62,915 bases of DNA. Origin: Aplysia californica. Lineage: Eukaryota. Positions 60,821 through 62,915 of the stretch are shown here, piece by piece. Under the pieces are notes generated by a model that was not told the DNA's origin, did not search any database, and saw only the letters and a list, made by a program, of their open reading frames with translations. Positions within the stretch are counted from its first letter, which is position 1; each line of letters opens with the position of its first letter. The translations under genes were made by a program, and so were the position numbers. The stretch is from contig NW_004797499.1 of NCBI RefSeq assembly GCF_000002075.1, forward strand, positions 489,271 through 552,185, written 5' to 3'.

Positions 60821-62915
60821 CTACATAATTATTTTCTTTTAATAATTAAAAACTCATGTTACTCAGGGGCACTCAACGTCTTTTAAAAAAGATGTATGTT
60901 GTTGTATAGTTGCTTTCACTGAAGAAGCTGGCTAAGGTAAGGAAAAGAAACAGACCACAGAAGTTATCACACTTCCATAGCTAATAAACCAATAAATGAG
61001 TTGTCGTTTGGGAAAATAATTCACCGGTTTATTGTTCGTAAAAGGATTACAAACACGTCCAAATCTGACTTAAAATCTGGAAATATCTGAGATCAGGAAG
61101 CGCAGTTTTTTTAAAGCCAGGAGCTGCCGACGAAACTATCACTGGTGTGGTTGTCAGTCAGACACGGTCCCTGGTGTGGAGGAAGCGACAATGTGATGTG
61201 ATCCTTTAGTTCTGTGTGCCGTCTGATCTGATGGATGAGAGAATAACTGAACAATTACTTTAAGAATTATTTTTCCCTGGAAAACGGTCAAGATTACTTC
61301 CTCTGATTAATGTTTTCACGGAGTAAGGGAGATAAACATCGGAGTGTATGATATATGATATTATGGTAAGGTCAGTTGTTACGTCTTTCTAATCTAAAAC
61401 TCTTCCTATTTAATTATTAAAATAATTGGTTACGTCCCTCCTGAGCAAGACCAGGGCAAATCGAATCAGGACAGCAGTTTTCAAACTTTCAGTTGTTGGG
61501 GTTTTTTTCTCCTTCTCCAGGGTGACAGCGGAGGCACTTTGGTCTGTGGGGCGTGGCCGTGGGCGTTGCCAGTTTCGTAGAAACATTTTGTGACGTCAGC
61601 GGTATCGTGCCCAACGGTTGGACAAGTTTGTCTTGGCATCGACGTTAACTTGACTTCATGCTCACGTTGTGAATAGGCAAAGTGTTTGAATGCTGTGCTT
61701 TATATTAAAGCTATGAAATACAGCATCGTCGTTGCCTTGACTTTCTGCTCGCTTTGGGAAATCTGAGTGCTGCCCTGAGCTGAGTTTTAAAGCTATGCAG
61801 TTAGTGGTGCAGTATTGTTGCAAAAGGGAGTCAGTGGTATCAATAAGTAGTTAATACCTCCTCCCTTTCCTTGCTCTTCTTCTTTCTTTCTACATCCCTC
61901 CTGCTCCTCCTCTGCTCCTTTTCATCAGCCTCCTCCTTCTCTTCTTCCAACCCCTTCTTCTCCTCTCAGTCCTCAACCTATCCCTTCATTTCTTACAATC
62001 TCTCCTAGGTTTCAAAATAAAGAGAAGTGTTTATCTAAAAAGCTACGTAAATCTGAGACGTTGTAGTATCTTTTATCAAACAGTAATTTTAATAGTTGTG
62101 TAATAAGCGGCTGTTGGCCCGTGGACCTCATTACAATTTTGTTGTCAGAAGGATTTTAATAAAGCAACTGAACAGAATAAAAGTAGAAAGTTATTTTGAT
62201 TTTTGTTTGGTTTTTATAAAATATATTTTGTCATTTCATTTCTGAACCGCCTTCGGTGAGACAATAGCACTCTCCACATCTGCTACATCTCCATAAACTT
62301 ACTATTAATAGGCTTATTAATAGGCCATAGAACAAGCCCGGTTATGTCTATTAATAGTGGAAGTCCATTTCTGTCTAACAACAGAAAACGTCCATTTTTC
62401 CAACCCGTCTTTGCTCCGACCCACAAAGCACTCGTTGATTCTCCTCCATCCTTTGAGGTTATGCGTCTGTGATAATGGTCCATCCTTTGAGTTGTGCGTC
62501 TGTGATAATGGTTCGGCCTTGACTTGATTTATTTTTCCACCAGTTCAAGGCTCCAACACTAGTGCCTTCACTTATGGTATCACACAATATGTGCGTGCAC
62601 TGGGGTGGGGACCCCATGAAATAGAAGGTAATTATAGGAGCGAGCTACTGGTGGGTCCCATTTCTATTCTTTACCTCTTTTGTTTCTGTCTATTCTATTT
62701 GTATTTCTTTTTGCTACCATTAAATTACCATTAGTGAAAATGACCAAACTGATTCTAGCGTTTCTCTTTTCTCAAACAAACAAAATGTGACACGAAAGTA
62801 GCCAGAGCTTTATTTCAACAAACAAACTAACTAACAAACAGGTAAATGAATAAATAAACAAACACAAACAACCAACCAGCAAATGAAACAAGGTAGCCAT
62901 GGCTTTACGAACTTT

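Larger units (their letters stand above)
53441..61672 (+). pseudogene. Trypsin-family (S1A, fibrinolytic-enzyme/chymotrypsin-like) serine protease pseudogene
   Basis: Exon 53441-53523 reads SGSPPVQEIVSGEATNVTRFNYTAVLQ (IVxG). Exon from 56451 reads HPNY...YANDLAV|LKLG...QSCSVVGYGAT and is split by a MITE. Exon 61521-61672 reads GDSGGTLVCG, then a 1-nt deletion before GVAVGVASF, with TAA at 61646. Signal-peptide and catalytic-His exons were not found. Confidence 0.8.

Overview
Repeat-rich animal genomic DNA from a draft assembly with many N gaps. The Nin/Deu-domain SINEs, CORE-type SINEs and RTE LINEs suggest an invertebrate, probably a gastropod mollusc (inference). The left 38 kb holds three apparently intact lipid-metabolism genes with no other recognisable gene between them: (1) a PTGR3/ZADH2-type NADPH alkenal/one (prostaglandin) reductase with an intronless CDS (- strand, 2459-3505); (2) a divergent CLN8-like TLC-domain membrane protein with an intronless CDS (+ strand, 11846-12628); (3) a 13-exon, 548-aa CYP3-clan cytochrome P450 (- strand, 16656-37826), reconstructed by hand with consistent intron phases. 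The P450 keeps WxxxR, ExxR, PERF and the heme Cys, but its I-helix O2-activating motif AGxET is replaced by GGVGP, pointing to a non-monooxygenase (isomerase or peroxide-rearranging) P450. Together the three genes are a candidate animal oxylipin/lipid-tailoring gene cluster, the most interesting hypothesis here. The right half contains a trypsin-family serine protease pseudogene disabled by a P-like MITE inside the catalytic-Asp exon, a frameshift and a premature stop. Across the window there are also two Harbinger relics, twin hAT MITEs, a ~71-bp satellite and many SINEs and microsatellites.
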